Shown: positions 49,517-63,150 of the stretch, one piece after another
Layout: every line of letters starts with the position of its first letter
Numbering within the stretch: the stretch's first letter is position 1
Program-made: the position numbers and the translations under genes
Notes under the pieces: generated by a model
The model's input: the letters and a program-made list of their open reading frames with translations, nothing else
Databases searched by the model: none
What the model was told of the DNA's origin: nothing
Origin: Nemertoderma westbladi
Lineage: Eukaryota > Animalia > Xenacoelomorpha
NCBI GenBank assembly: GCA_032718475.1
Contig: JAUCBJ010006078.1
Span: forward strand, 9,566 to 73,565
Reading direction: 5' to 3'
Length of the DNA: 64,000 nt

Positions 49517-52500
49517 TGTGACGGGATCAGAAATCCCGACAGGGTAAGTTGTTTATACGCATCACCGTAGGCTGAGATGATATAGATAACTTGGCCGAGG
49601 CTGTTGGAGAAAAACGTTCAGAGTTTGATTTTCCTTGCGTTCTAATATATGTATAATAATAGCACAATATAGATTGCATATGTTAATGGTAACGAGAGGT
49701 AATATATGATTGATATACCAATATATGATGACGGTGAAACAATATTACCGGTCTGCACTGAAACTGGGTAACTGACTAATTGAATCACAAACCGGTAACG
49801 AGAGGTAATATATGATTGATATACCAATATTGCTTCACTTCCTACACTACTCTGGCCTGTTACCTAATGGGTGCTCTTCTGTGCCCTACCACGTGCTTTC
49901 CTCCCCCCTTATTGGCTAATGTTCTACTTGTCACCCTTTCACTCTCTGGGAGTGTTTCCCCTCTGCTGCTAGCCTCTACTAGCTGTGTCCCCTCTGAGGT
50001 GGTTTGACCTCTAACCTTCCTTTGTGTGTGGCTTCGGGGCTTGTGTTGCCCCCCCCCCCCCCCAAATGTTGGTTGTGATACGAGATTAATATTGCTAATC
50101 TCATATTTCCAACATATTGCTGAAAATGCCACCATCCCATTTTCTGGTGGGTAATGAGGCAGAATTGAATCTGCTTACACTCCCCCCATGCTATCTTCCC
50201 GGTGAGAAGATAGCATCAACTACCATTGCGCTTCAATTCCGCTGGAATCCGATCTACTATCGGGCGTAGAGTGGAGTTCCTTTCTTGGAGTCGGCTTTCC
50301 AGGCCGCTCCCTCTGGGTATGATATTGCTACCGCTTCTTGGTGCAATCGCAACCTCTGTTGCACCAAGATATCTGATGTCTCTGTTCGAGACAATTGTGG
50401 ACTCTTCACTAATTTTCAAAAACTCTAACTCTGAACTCACTCTAACCTCACTCTCAGACCCCTCTGTCCCTTACTCTCTCTCTCTCACACCTCGCTCCCC
50501 ACACTTGAATTGCATTCCACTCGCTTCCTCACGCGCCAACACCTCCTCTCCATACTTCCCTCGTACTCCTCTCATACTCCCCTCGGAACTTACCCCAGTC
50601 AATCGGCTTGTGGCAGACAAGGCCCATGAGCTGGCCCATCCCCACTGCTCTACAATGTCCTGTGTTCTCTACCACTCCCAAAGTGCCAGTTTTTCTTATG
50701 TTACCCCTGTCTGTGCTATCATCCTATCTACCTTGCTACTTGCTTCTTACTATGTACTTACTATGTAACTCTCTTACTACTAAATCTATTAACTCTATTA
50801 ACTCTAACGGTACTATGTACCCTAATATTGCTACTACCTACATAAGGCTGCTACCTAATACCTACATACCACACCCTTCATCTCTCACTACGTGGCGCTT
50901 GCGGTGCCCACAACCCATCTGCTACTACCTCTATGGTATACCTACATACCATACCCTCTACTCTCTTTCTATGTGGCGCTTTCGGTGCCCACAACCCCTC
51001 TGCCACTACTTCTATGGTATACCTACATACCATACCCTCTACTCTCTTTCTACGTGGCGCTTTCAGTACCCACAACCCCTCTACTCTCTTTCTACATGGC
51101 GCTTTCGGTTCCCACAACCCCTCTGCTATTACTTCTCATGGTATGTCTACATACCACACTCCCTCTCTTTCTACCTACTTCTAACTCTAACGGTACTACG
51201 TACCCTCCTACTCCCGTGGTATGTTTATATACCACACTCCCTATTTTCTGACTACTTCTAACTCTGATGGTACTATGTACCCTCCTACTCCCATGAGCTG
51301 GCCCATCCCCACTGCTCCACAATGTCCTGTGTTCTCTACCACTCCCAAAGTGCCAGTTTTTCTCATGTTACCCCTGTCTGTGCTATCATCCTATCTACCT
51401 TGCTACTTACTTCTTTACTATGTACTTACCAAGTAACTCTCTTACTACTAACTCTATTAACTCTATTAACTCTAACAGTACTATGTACCCTAATATTGCT
51501 ACTACCTACATAATACTGCTACCTAATACCTACATACCACACCCTTCATCTCTCACTACGTGGCGCTTTCGGTGCCCACAACCCCTCTGCTACTACCTCT
51601 ATGGTATACCTACATACCATACCCTCTACTCTCTTTCTATGTGGCGCTTTCGGTGCCCACAACCCCTCTGCCACTACTTCTATGGTATACCTACATACCA
51701 TACCCTCTACTCTCTTTCTACGTGGCGCTTTCAGTACCCACAACCCCTCTACTCTCTTTCTACATGGCGCTTTCGGTTCCCACAACCCCTCTGCTATTAC
51801 TTCTCATGGTATGTCTACATACCACACTCCCTCTCTTTCTACCTACTTCTAACTCTAACGGTACTACGTACCCTCCTACTCCCGTGGTATGTTTATATAC
51901 CACACTCCCTATTTTCTGACTACTTCTAACTCTGATGGTACTATGTACCCTCCTACTCCCATGAGCTGGCCCATCCCCACTGCTCCACAATGTCCTGTGT
52001 TCTCTACCACTCCCAAAGTGCCAGTTTTTCTTATGTTACCCCTGTCTGTGCTATCATCCTATCTACCTTGCTACTTACTTCTTACTATGTACTTACCATG
52101 TAACTCTCTTACTACTAACTCTATTAACTCTATTAACTCTAACAGTACTATGTACCCTAATATTGCTACTACCTACATAATGCTGCTACCTAATACCTAC
52201 ATACCACACCCTTCATCTCTCACTACGTGGCGCTTTCGGTGCCCACAACCCCTCTGCTACTACCTCTATGGTATACCTACATACCATACCCTCTACTCTC
52301 TTTCTACGTGGCGCTTTCGGTGCCCACAACCCCTCTGCTACTACTTCTATGGTATACCTACATACCATACCCTCTACTCTCTTTCTACGTGGCGCTTTCA
52401 GTACCCACAACCCCTCTACTCTCTTTCTACATGGCGCTTTCGGTGCCCACAACCCCTCTGCTATTACTTCTCATGGTATGTCTACATACCACACTCCCTC

Positions 52501-55500
52501 TCCTTCTACCTACTTCTAACTCTAACGGTACTACGTACCCTCCTACTCCCGTGGTATGTTTATATACCACACTCCCTATTTTCTGACTACTTCTAACTCT
52601 GATGGTACTATGTACCCTCCTACTCCCGTGGTATGTTTATAAACCACACTCCCTAATTTCTGCCTACTTCTAACTCTGACGGTACTATGTACCCTCCTAC
52701 TCCCGTGGTATGTTTATATACCACACTCCCTATATTTCTGCCTACTTCTAACTCCCCTCTTACTCTTACTAACTTCTACTGACTTTCTAACTTCTTACTA
52801 ACTTACTAACTTCTACTAACTTTCTGCTACTTACTAACTTCTACTAACTTTCTACTACTTCCTAACTACTACTTACTATCTAACTATCTACTACTATTAC
52901 TTTCTAACTTTCTACTATCTCACTTCATATTTTATTCTTATTTGCTTTTATTATTTATTTATTATAATTTGTGTAGGAAGGGCTTGTCGCCCTCATTCCC
53001 ACCCCCCTCAGTCCAACATTTGGACGACTAAACTTTAAGGTGCCCCTTCTAATAGGCAGCACTTTCCTACAGCCCTCCTGTAGGTCTTCCTGTCCTTTGC
53101 TCCTATCTTGCCTCCTATTCTCACCTCCACCGACCGGACTCTTCCGTGCTCATCGGGGTAAGTATCTACCACTCTCGCTAGACTCCTTCACCACCCTAAA
53201 ATCGGGATTTCCAATCGCCTTCTTGATTTCCTCATGGTCCCCTGGCAGCAAAATCCCACCCTTCATCTTGTCGTCACCTGGTGGTAGAATGAAAAGAAAT
53301 CGGAAGAATAGATAGAACAGAATGGATAATACTAATCCTATCCCTTTCCACCCTGTCTTCTTATTTGACCTCCCCCTTTTCGGTATGCCTCTCAATCGGA
53401 CCGGCATCTCCTCCGGACACTTCTCTGGACATCTCGCTGTCCACTTTTCTCCATCCTCATACCGATACTTGCCGGGGAAATCCTTGTCCCATGCCATCAT
53501 CTCTAGGTCTTCCGCGTCGAATCCATTCTCCCCCGCCCACTCTCTTGCTGTTACTTCCCCTCCTGAATCATCTACTGACGGTATTTCTCTGGAACTATCC
53601 TCTATCCTTTCACCACGCTCCACTATGTGTGGTTCCAGATCCATACCCAACTCCTGGTATCTTTCCCCGGACCGCTTCTCACATGGGACCTCACCATCAC
53701 CCGTCTCTGGTTTCTCCTCTACGTCCTTAACGGTGCCTGATAGCATGCACACTGATGTCTCCGACACCCTGGATGGAATCTTGGTTTTAATTGGGCCGCT
53801 AAGCGTCCCTTGTGATATTGGAGCCCACACATCTATCGGCAATAACTTCCCCCTCCCCTGGATATATGTTATGTCCCTGCATATTATAGTCATTCTGGTG
53901 TGCAGGTACTGGTATAGGGCTATCCACTTCTTGCCTGCCTACCGGTATGTATGCCGTGACTTCTGGGTCTAATCCCGTTGTCCGCGCTACCCTGTCGCCT
54001 ACACTATCTCTCCCAGCATGGCCTATAGTATGTGCAGTAAGGCCTACAGTATATCCTGCAGTCTGTATGTGTCCTTCCGAACCAAAGTTTAATCTTCTCG
54101 AATATTCCAAGAAGTCCTCCCCGCGACTACCGTACTCTCGATCGGCAGCTAGATCCCGTCGGGAGGTTTCTCTTCGATCCCCTCTCATGTTCTCGTCCTC
54201 GTATCGGTACGTTCTGTACCCTTCTCCTGGTGTGCGGTATATCTCACCAGGCTGCGTCTCTCCGGGGCGACGGCAATCTCCCGGAGTTCGACCCCACTGA
54301 CTCTCTAACTCCATCTCTACTACCGACAGTTTGCTATCCGTCCTCACTCTCCTGTTGCTCCTAGCAACGCTTCTTCCCTTCTCTTTACTTCTTCTCTCTT
54401 CAGTGTAGCGATCCTGCTCATGAGATCTCTCTTTGACCTCCTGGTTAAACTCCATTGTTCTTCTTCTCTCTTCCGACTGACGTCTTCTCGCTCGCCTGCT
54501 CCCGGCGTCAACATCTCTCTCTCTGCCCGGGTGGACGCTCCTGGGGATACTCACAATCCCCCTACTATTCTCCGTCGTCGGGTGCTGTGGTACAAATAAC
54601 TCGCCCCGCGCTTGTGGGACATTCTCTGCCCCCCCCCCCCCCCCTCTCGCCACTAATCTCCCATGGCGGGGCGCCCGTAGCCCCCCCCCCCCTCCACTTG
54701 CCACTTCTTACTTCACTACCTCTTACTTCGCTTCTACGCCCCACTAGTGGGACATTCTCTGCCCCCCACCCCCTCTCACCACTAATCTCCCGTGGTGGGG
54801 CGCCCGTAGCCCCCCTCCCAGTCACCACTTCTTACTTCACTACCTCTTACTTCGCTTCTACGCCCCTCTTGTGGGACATTCTTCGGTTAGGGTTGTCCAC
54901 TACAGTACTATTAATATTAACTCCTTCTAGCATATTATTATTACCCCCCCCCCCCCCCCCCGCCCGTACGGTTACACCAAACCTGGCTCTGTCGTCCGGT
55001 CCCTGTAAGTGGGGTATTAACAAATGTTTCCATTACTTCGGGCTCCTCATAAATACTACCCGAACCGGCCTCACTCTCTGATAATCCCAACTGCGCCAGT
55101 TCTAATCGGCGCTTTTGCTTAGCCTGATATTGCATAAGCCCCCTTAACCGGGCATGCATATCATCCAGCATACGCTTTCCCGCTCTCTCTCTCTCTCTCT
55201 CTCTATCCTCTCGCAAACTTTGGTTCGCTAATTCTATCTCTCTCGCCTCTTGCTCTTTACGCTCATTCGTTTCTCTTTCTTCCCGCTCTCTACAGTTTCT
55301 CGCCACCCTCTCTCTACATTCCCTCGCTAACTCTCTCTCTTTCTCTAATAATGCAGTTCCCTCGTCCAATTGTCTCTCCAACTCCTTCTGATCCAGTGCC
55401 GCAATGTCTAGTTGACATGCCAGATCTATCTCTAACACCCTTCTTGCTTTTGCGGAGGATGTAGCAGACTTATCGGTCGCGACGGACTCCCATCGCCTCT

Positions 55501-56924
55501 CTGTCCTACTAACTTTCCCCTGCTTTCCGGGGTTCTCGCTAACCGACGAGACCAAATCCTCGGGGTTAACTTCGGGTTCGCCCTCGTGCGGCCTACCCAC
55601 TAACTTAATTCCCCTAGCATCCACTAAGTACGGCCCTACGTACACTACTTCAGGCTCCATAACCCCGGATCGCCACAGTTCGAACAGTTCGGTGGCGACC
55701 CCCCTCGCTCTCTCACTCGCCAGTTCTCCCTGTCCAAAACGGACTAGATACCGAAAATGTTTGTTAGACTCACCTAGCCTTTGGTATAACTTAGGCTGGT
55801 CTACCTTTCCTCCCTCTCTGGCCTCCTTTAGTAGTTTCTTCGTGGCGTTGTAGGCCCGTCGTAGCCGATCACTCGTCCCTACGTCCTCTTCGCCGACTCC
55901 TCCACCTCTCCTGGTTCGGCGTCGTACCGGCGGCCCCACCATCGCCATTCCGGTGGGCCGTCCGTCGCCCTCGGCCTGTGGCTGGCCAGCAACTTCGGTA
56001 CTCTGACCGCCATCGTGCTTCGACTCGTCCCTCCCTCGTGGTTGACGGCTGCCCTCCGCTTGGGGTACCGGATCGTCCCTCATCGGCGAATCCGGCGTCA
56101 CAGGTCGATACCGTCGCGTCGCGGCCTCACGGATCGGCCCCGGGGTCTGCGGCGGCGTCCTCTCTCCTTTAGATAATCGTGGGTTCTCCTTGGCTCATTT
56201 TTTATCTCTTATTCTTGCAGTCACAGTTTGATGGCAGTTGGTCTATTGTTTCACTGTGACGGGATCAGAGATCCCGACCGGGTAAGTTGTTTATACGCGT
56301 CACCGTAGGCTGAGATGATATAGATAACTTGGCCGAGGCCGTTGGAGAAAAACTTTCAGAGTTTGATGTTCCTTGCATTCTAATATATGTATAATAATAG
56401 CACAATATAGATTGCATATGTTAACGGTATTGAGAGGTAATATATGATTGATATACCAATATACGATGATGGTGAAACAATATTACCTGTCTGCACTGAA
56501 ACTGGGTAACTGACTAACTGAATCACAAACCGGTAACGAGAGGTAATATATGATTGATATACCAATATTGCTTCACTTCCTACACTACTCTGGCCTGTCA
56601 CCTAATGGATGCTCTTCTGTGCCCTACCACATGCTTTCCTCCCCCCTTATTGGCTAATGTTCTACTTGTCACCCTTTCACTCTCTGGGAGTGTTTCCCCT
56701 CTGCTGCTAGCCTCTACTAGCTCTGTCCCCTCCAAGGTGGTTTGACCTCTAACCTTCCTTTGTGTGTGGCTTCGGGGCTTGTGTTGCCCCCCCCCCCCCC
56801 AAAAATGTTGGTTGTGATACGAGATTAATATTGCTAATCTCGTATCTCCATCTCCAACATATTGCTGAAAATGCCACCATCCCATTTTCTGGTGGGTAAT
56901 GAGGCGGAATTGAATCCGCTTACA
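49517..56924 (-). mobile_element. BEL/Pao family B copy B3, non-autonomous, 7.4 kb, inserted in the 5' LTR of B2
   Basis: LTRs 49517-50179 and 56255-56924 are highly similar; TSD TTATT at 49512-16 and 56925-29; PPT 50180-87; gag N-terminal ORFs 54941-56101 and 53799-54704; pol almost entirely deleted. Confidence 0.93.
50623..52625. repeat. Three tandem copies of a 667-668 bp unit with internal subrepeats in the B3 3' region
   Basis: cccatgagctggcccatccccactgctc recurs at about 50623, 51290 and 51958. Confidence 0.92.
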
Positions 56925-57242
56925 TTATTGGTAATCTCGTATCCCCAACTATATTAGTAAAATGCCACTGGTCCCATTTTCGGATGGATAATGTAATGGA
57001 ATTGAATCCGCTTACACTGGATATTTCTTTGGTTACCAGTACGTATATCATATGATTATTCCAAGATAATTTATTCTCCACCCAAATTAATACACATGAA
57101 TTTTGTAAAATTTGTATATAATATGCACTATGGTCCATGATTTCATATGCAGTTTGGGCATGTATAACAACTGTTTATATGCAGTTTTATATACGCAGTT
57201 ATGCACAATGCATTATTTATTACATGCATTTTATATGTAATT

Positions 57243-60200
57243 TCTACACATACACTACTTCTCTACACATACACTACTGCTCTACGGCCTACACTACTGC
57301 TCTACAAATACACTACTGCTCTACGGCCAACACTACTGCTCTACGGCCTACACTACTGCTCTACACATACACTACTTCTCTAAGGCCTACACCACTGCTC
57401 TACGCATACACTACTGCTCTGCGGCCTACACTACTGCTCTACGGCCTACACTACTGCTCTACACATACACTACTGCTCTACGGCCTACACTACTTCTCTA
57501 CACATACACTACTGCTCTACGGCCTACACTACTGCTCTACGGCCTACACTACTGCTCAACACATGCACTACTGCTCTGCGGCCTACACTACTGCTCTACA
57601 CATACACTACTGCTCTACGACCTACACTAATGCTCTACACATACACTACTGCTCTACACATACACTACTGCTCTACGGCCTACACTACTGCTCTACACAT
57701 ACACTACTGCTCTGCGGCCTACACTACTGCTCTGCGGCCTACACTACTGCTCTACACATACAGTACTGCTCTACGGCCTACACTAATGCTCTACACATAC
57801 ACTACTGCTCTATGGCCTACACTAATGCTCTACACATACACTACTGCGGCTCTACGGCCTACACTACTGCTCTACGCATGCACTACTGCTCTACGGCCTA
57901 CACTAATGCTCTACACATACACTACTGCTCTACGGCCTACACTACTGCTCTACACATACACTACTGCTCTACGGCCTACACTACTGCTCTACACATACAC
58001 TACTGCTCTACAGCCTACACTACTGATCTACACATACACTACTGCTCTACGGCCTACACTACTGCTCCACACATACACTACTGCTCTACGGCCTACACTA
58101 CTGCTCTACACATACACTACTGCTCTACACATACACTACTGCTATATGGCCTACACTACTGCTCTACACATACACTACTGCTATATGGCCTACACTACTG
58201 CTCTACACATACATAGTACTGCTCTACACATACACTACTGCTCTAAGGCCTACACTACTGCTCTACACATACACTACTGCTCTACACATACACTACTGCT
58301 CTACACATACACTACTGCTCTAAGGCCTACAGTACTGCTCTACACATACACTACTGCTCTAAGGCCTACACTACTGCTCTACACATACACTACTGCTCTA
58401 CGGCCTACACTACTGCTCTACACATACACTACTGCTCTACGGCCTACACTACTGCTCTACACATACACTACTGATCTACGGCCTACACTACTGCTCCACA
58501 CATACACTACTGCTCTACGGCCTACACTACTGCTCTACACATACACTACTGCTCTACACATACACTACTGCTATATGGCCTACACTACTGCTCTACACAT
58601 ACACTACTGCTCTACACATACACTACTGCTCTACACATACACTACTGCTCTACACATACACTACTGCTCTAAGGCCTACAGTACTGCTCTACACATACAC
58701 TACTGCTCTAAGGCCTACACTACTGCTCTACACATACACTACTGCTCTACGGCCTACACTACTGCTCTACACATACACTACTGCTCTACACATACACTAC
58801 TGCTCTACACATACACTACTGCTCTAAGGCCTACAGTACTGCTCTACACATACACTACTGCTCTAAGGCCTACACTACTGCTCTACACATACACTACTGC
58901 TCTACGGCCTACACTACTGCTCTACACATACACTACTGCTCTACGGCCTACACTACTGCTCTACACATACACTACTGCTCTACAGCCTACACTACTGATC
59001 TACACATACACTACTGCTCTACGGCCTACACTACTGCTCCACACATACACTACTGCTCTACGGCCTACACTACTGCTCTACACATACACTACTGCTCTAC
59101 ACATACACTACTGCTCTAAGGCCTACAGTACTGCTCTACACATACACTACTGCTCTAAGGCCTACACTACTGCTCTACACATACACTACTGCTCTACGGC
59201 CTACACTACTGCTCTACACATACACTACTGCTCTACGGCCTACACTACTGCTCTACACATACACTACTGATCTACGGCCTACACTACTGCTCTACACATA
59301 CACTACTGCTCTACGGCCTACACTACTGCTCTACACATACACTACTGATCTACGGCCTACACTACTGCTCTACACATACACTACTGCTCTACGGCCTACA
59401 CTACTGCTCTACACATACACTACTGCTCTACGGCCTACACTACTGCTCTACACATACAATACTGTTCTACGGCCTACACTACTGCTATACGGCCTACACT
59501 ACTGCTCTACACATACACTACTGCTCTACGGCCCACACTACTGCTCTACACATACACTACTGCTCTACGGCCTATGTTGGATTATTTCACTGTTAAGCAG
59601 ATATCTACAGTACCACGTAAAAACTTTCTAAATCCGACGTATTTTGCCTTGATTTGTAGTAGTTGTAATATGCCTACTTCCTATAATAGTTATAAGTTAA
59701 TTGGTTATTCTATTGGCGCAGGGGTCAGATACGTTAAGGCGTTGGTTACATTCTAGGTAGGTCACGGGTTCGAATCTGGATTGGGAAATTTGTATTTTGG
59801 GCTATTAAATTTTTGGTTTAATTTAATTAGATAAGCCAATGAGGTGTGTACAACACATGGAACGATGGGTTGGGCCAATCATAGGGCACTTAATAATTTA
59901 TTGCACCAATGTGCGGCCGTAGAATGTTATCGAATGTTCTAGTTGATTCCATGCCTAGGATTTGCTATATAAGGTGCAGCTTGTCCTTGGTTATCACTTG
60001 ATATCATCTAATCTTTGTCACTAATGCACTTTGTTACTTAGTTAATTTAGTTAATCTTGTTACTTATCTCTCTTACTTTAGTTTAGTTCCTTTTGTTATT
60101 TTGTAAAGTAAAAGTTTGATAAGTCTTTGTAATTACGTTATTACGTTAAATATACTGCAAACTCTTAACCATGTAGTTTTAACGTATCCACCTTGAGACA

Positions 60201-60995
60201 GCCAAACGCTTCGGAGAATGGCTACCTAGACCGTTAAGCCTCAGCAACGCAAGGGAAGAGATGTCCACGACGCATTAAGAGCCCACATTATCTTCGCCCA
60301 CGCCCATTCAAAAGTATGACCCCTTGCCAGAAAGCGTCCACTTCAGAGGAAGGTAAGACTTTGTTTGACGCCCTTGCCCGCAGTAAGACCTTAGATCAGG
60401 GTAAAGCGTGACGCCATCCTGGGACGCCGTAAAATTTAGGAATAAATATCTCAGATTCAGACAGGAAAAAAACCCGGTCAACCTGTATCTCCTACAGGTG
60501 CGAGCTGTTGCTGTTCGTCAGTATGCGCAAGTACACTTAGGTGCGAATAGCACGCTGTATAATTTGGTGATTTGCAGGACTGACAGTACAGTACCGATTA
60601 GCTTCGTAGGCCTTATAGTTTGACTTCCCCGTCTGAGTCCAAAATATTTGATCAGGCAAGAGGCAGCTTTCTGCTACCGGCACATGTTTGGCTTAGGGAG
60701 GTTTACTAACATCCTACCGCGCCACGTACTGATAGGTATTTACTGCTCTACACATACACTACTGCTCTACGGCCTACACTACTGCTCTACACATACACTA
60801 CTGCTCTACGGCCTACACTAACTGCTCTACACATACACTACTGCTCTACGGCCTACACTACTGATCTACACATACACTACTGCTCTATGGCCTACACTAA
60901 TGCTCTACACATACACTACTGCTCTACGGCCTACACTACTGCTCTACACATACACTACTGCTCTACAGCCTACACTACTGCTGTACACATACACA
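57243..60995. repeat. Satellite of 20-bp and 19-bp monomers, often alternating as a 39-bp dimer, interrupted by an LTR at 59575-60740
   Basis: cactactgctctacggccta and cactactgctctacacata. Confidence 0.97.
59575..60740 (+). mobile_element. Truncated LTR of a family A-related BEL element
   Basis: Starts TGTTGGATTATTTCACT (compare TGATGAATTATTTCACT at 39467). Shares the tRNA-like module, CCAAT, TATA and downstream blocks with the A LTR. The 3' part is lost. Confidence 0.85.
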
Positions 60996-61564
60996 GTACA
61001 GTAGATCCCTTATGGATATGATTGCCGACTCCGCTGTTCCCAACGAAAATTATAATAAAGGATTATTAGTTCGCGGGTAATTGGCATTTGATTTCGTGAA
61101 CTTTAAATTTGAAGATTTATCGAGATAGTGGAACCTATAATGCACATTTCGATCTCTGAACAGAGCCATTGAATGAAGCTCCATAAGTAGTTGTTTCTAG
61201 GTTATTTCTATGCAGTTACTAAAGATTGAGTAAATCATTTTTTAAATGGATTTTCCTTACCAATATTACTTTTCATAACATAATTCTAGAAACACCAATG
61301 GAAAACTTATATTATTCAATAATATATCATGAGAAGGAATATTTCATATTATATTATTTAGCTGCTATTTTAACTTTTATTTACAATAAATAAAATTATT
61401 TTATTTTTAGTTTGAATAGTATGGTGTGATGACTCATCTATTCCTTCTATTATCGTTCTCGCTATTCCTTGTTCAACAACAAGTAGAAGATCATAGTAGC
61501 CATATATGGTGGTGGTGAACAATTATTATATTTATTGTGTTGCACCTTTAACCTTACGTCATAC

Positions 61565-61813
61565 GGCAGGGTAGCTCAGTTGGTTGAGAGGCCGGGCCTG
61601 CAATCTATTGGTTGTAGGTACGAGCCCCCCCCCCCCCCCCCCCAGGGTCCACTCAGCCTTTCATCCACTAGGGTCGATAAAATGAGTACCAGTTAAATAA
61701 CTGGGGGCAAATCTTGGGATAGGAGTAGCACCTACCCCTACCATCGGGTAGCAGCTATCGAAAGGGGAGCCTTCGGGTCGCCTCCGGCTTCGGCCGACTG
61801 TTTGTTTTGTTTG
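61565..61813 (+). mobile_element. tRNA-derived SINE
   Basis: Head ggtagctcagttggt...ggtacgagccc (A box and degenerate B box). Central block ccactcagcctttcatcc...ggtcgataaaatgagtacc resembles Sauria-SINE-like domains. GC stem-loop tail followed by (tttg)n; possible TSD cctttaa. Confidence 0.8.
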
Positions 61814-61859
61814 CCTTTAATGTGTAATTGATTATATTATTTTGATGTTAACTGTATCC

Positions 61860-62561
61860 GTGAGGTTTGATCAAGAAACCGACATACGGTTAACAAAAAA
61901 TAATTTCGTGTTTTTTATTGATTCAAATAAACATTTTTATGCTGAATCGAACACTGAAAACAGATTGCAAATCCGATAAAATGTTGTCGAGATATTGAGT
62001 TTTGAAAATTAGTAGTCTAATGACCAAATATTAACAAAGTTTTGAGAAAAACGGCTTTGCAGCATTATTTTAATTTTTATTATTATTGGAGATCACTCTG
62101 TCTGTCTGTCTGAATACCTTGTCTGTTTGTCTGTCAAAAAATATAACAAATAAATAAGTAAAGCACCACCACCTACATTTTTTTGCTATTGGGCTTTTAT
62201 CTGCCGATGATTTCAATTGCGATGTCGGTTTTCACTATTTACCGAATCTAGACGATTGTCTGCCTGTCAGTCAGTCTGTCTGTTTTTGGTATGTCTGTCT
62301 TTCTGTTAAAATTTAAGAAAGCGTACAAACTCTTTAAAGTTTGTGCTATAGGGTTTTCCTTGGTGGTAATAACATTGAAAATGTCACTGGGTGGTAATTA
62401 CATTTAAAATTTCACTTTTCCAGTTTGATGAAATATAGACTTTCTGTCTGTCTGAGAAAGAAATCAAATTAACAAACAATTTTATTTATGGGGTTTTATT
62501 GGTCGGTGATTTCATTTCCGATATGTATTATTACGTATTATTGATTATTTAAGGTTTGTAA

Positions 62562-62592
<31 letters not shown>

Positions 62593-63150
62593 AAAAATGA
62601 CAGTCAGGATCGCGTCAAACCCATAAATCGACATTGGAAATAGAATCGTCTTCCAAGAAAACCCCCAAAGCAAAACATTTTGTTAGATATCATGTTTCCC
62701 TAATTTTTGACAGACAAACCGACACCCAGACAGAGAGACTGATCGACAGTCTAGAATCCGTCAGAAGAACCATCCAACCAGAAGCAACAAGGGAAGTAAC
62801 ATTTGAAATGAAATCAACGAACAGGAAAACTCATAGCGAAAATTATCCTGTATGACAAATACAATTACAGTAATTTGAAAAACTAATGCCTATCTTACAA
62901 TAAAATTGGCCCCTTAAATTTATAATAATTTCAAAATTAGTGAAGTCTACAAAAAATCAAATAACTCCAAAACTATAATAGATATGAAAATTTCGTTTAC
63001 AATTTCAGAATTACCAACAAATTCCGTTCTAGAATAAGTAAAAAAATAAAATTCGATTTTTTAAAACCAAATGAACTATTTTTACTTCAACCTCTAATTC
63101 TGTGAAATAATATTTTGCAACGCTAGGTCGATTTCTTGATCAAACCTCAC
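61860..63150. mobile_element. Non-autonomous TIR DNA transposon (MITE), superfamily uncertain
   Basis: gtgaggtttgatcaagaaaccgac / gtcgatttcttgatcaaacctcac (23/24); internal (tctg)n repeats; no transposase. Confidence 0.8.

Larger units (their letters stand above)
20094..57016 (-). mobile_element. BEL/Pao family B copy B2, defective, expanded to 36.9 kb by nested insertions
   Basis: 3' LTR 20094-20718 with PPT at 20719-27. 5' LTR split into 48976-49516 and 56930-57016. TSD CTGGA at 20089-93 and 57017-21. Internal gag, protease and RT remnants at 39780-46870. Confidence 0.9.

Noticed and set aside
50608-52596. Cluster of repeated 70-235 aa ORFs
   Set aside because: By-products of the 667-bp tandem units inside B3.
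57137-59270. 359-aa and 546-aa ORFs
   Set aside because: They are translations of a stop-free 19/20-bp satellite with no protein-like complexity.
16421-60740. Uni-strand piRNA cluster
   Set aside because: Orientations are mixed (B1, the LINE pieces and the 59575 LTR are on plus) and this cannot be judged without small RNA data.
61565-61640. tRNA gene
   Set aside because: Degenerate B box, no acceptor stem, and it continues into a SINE body and tail.
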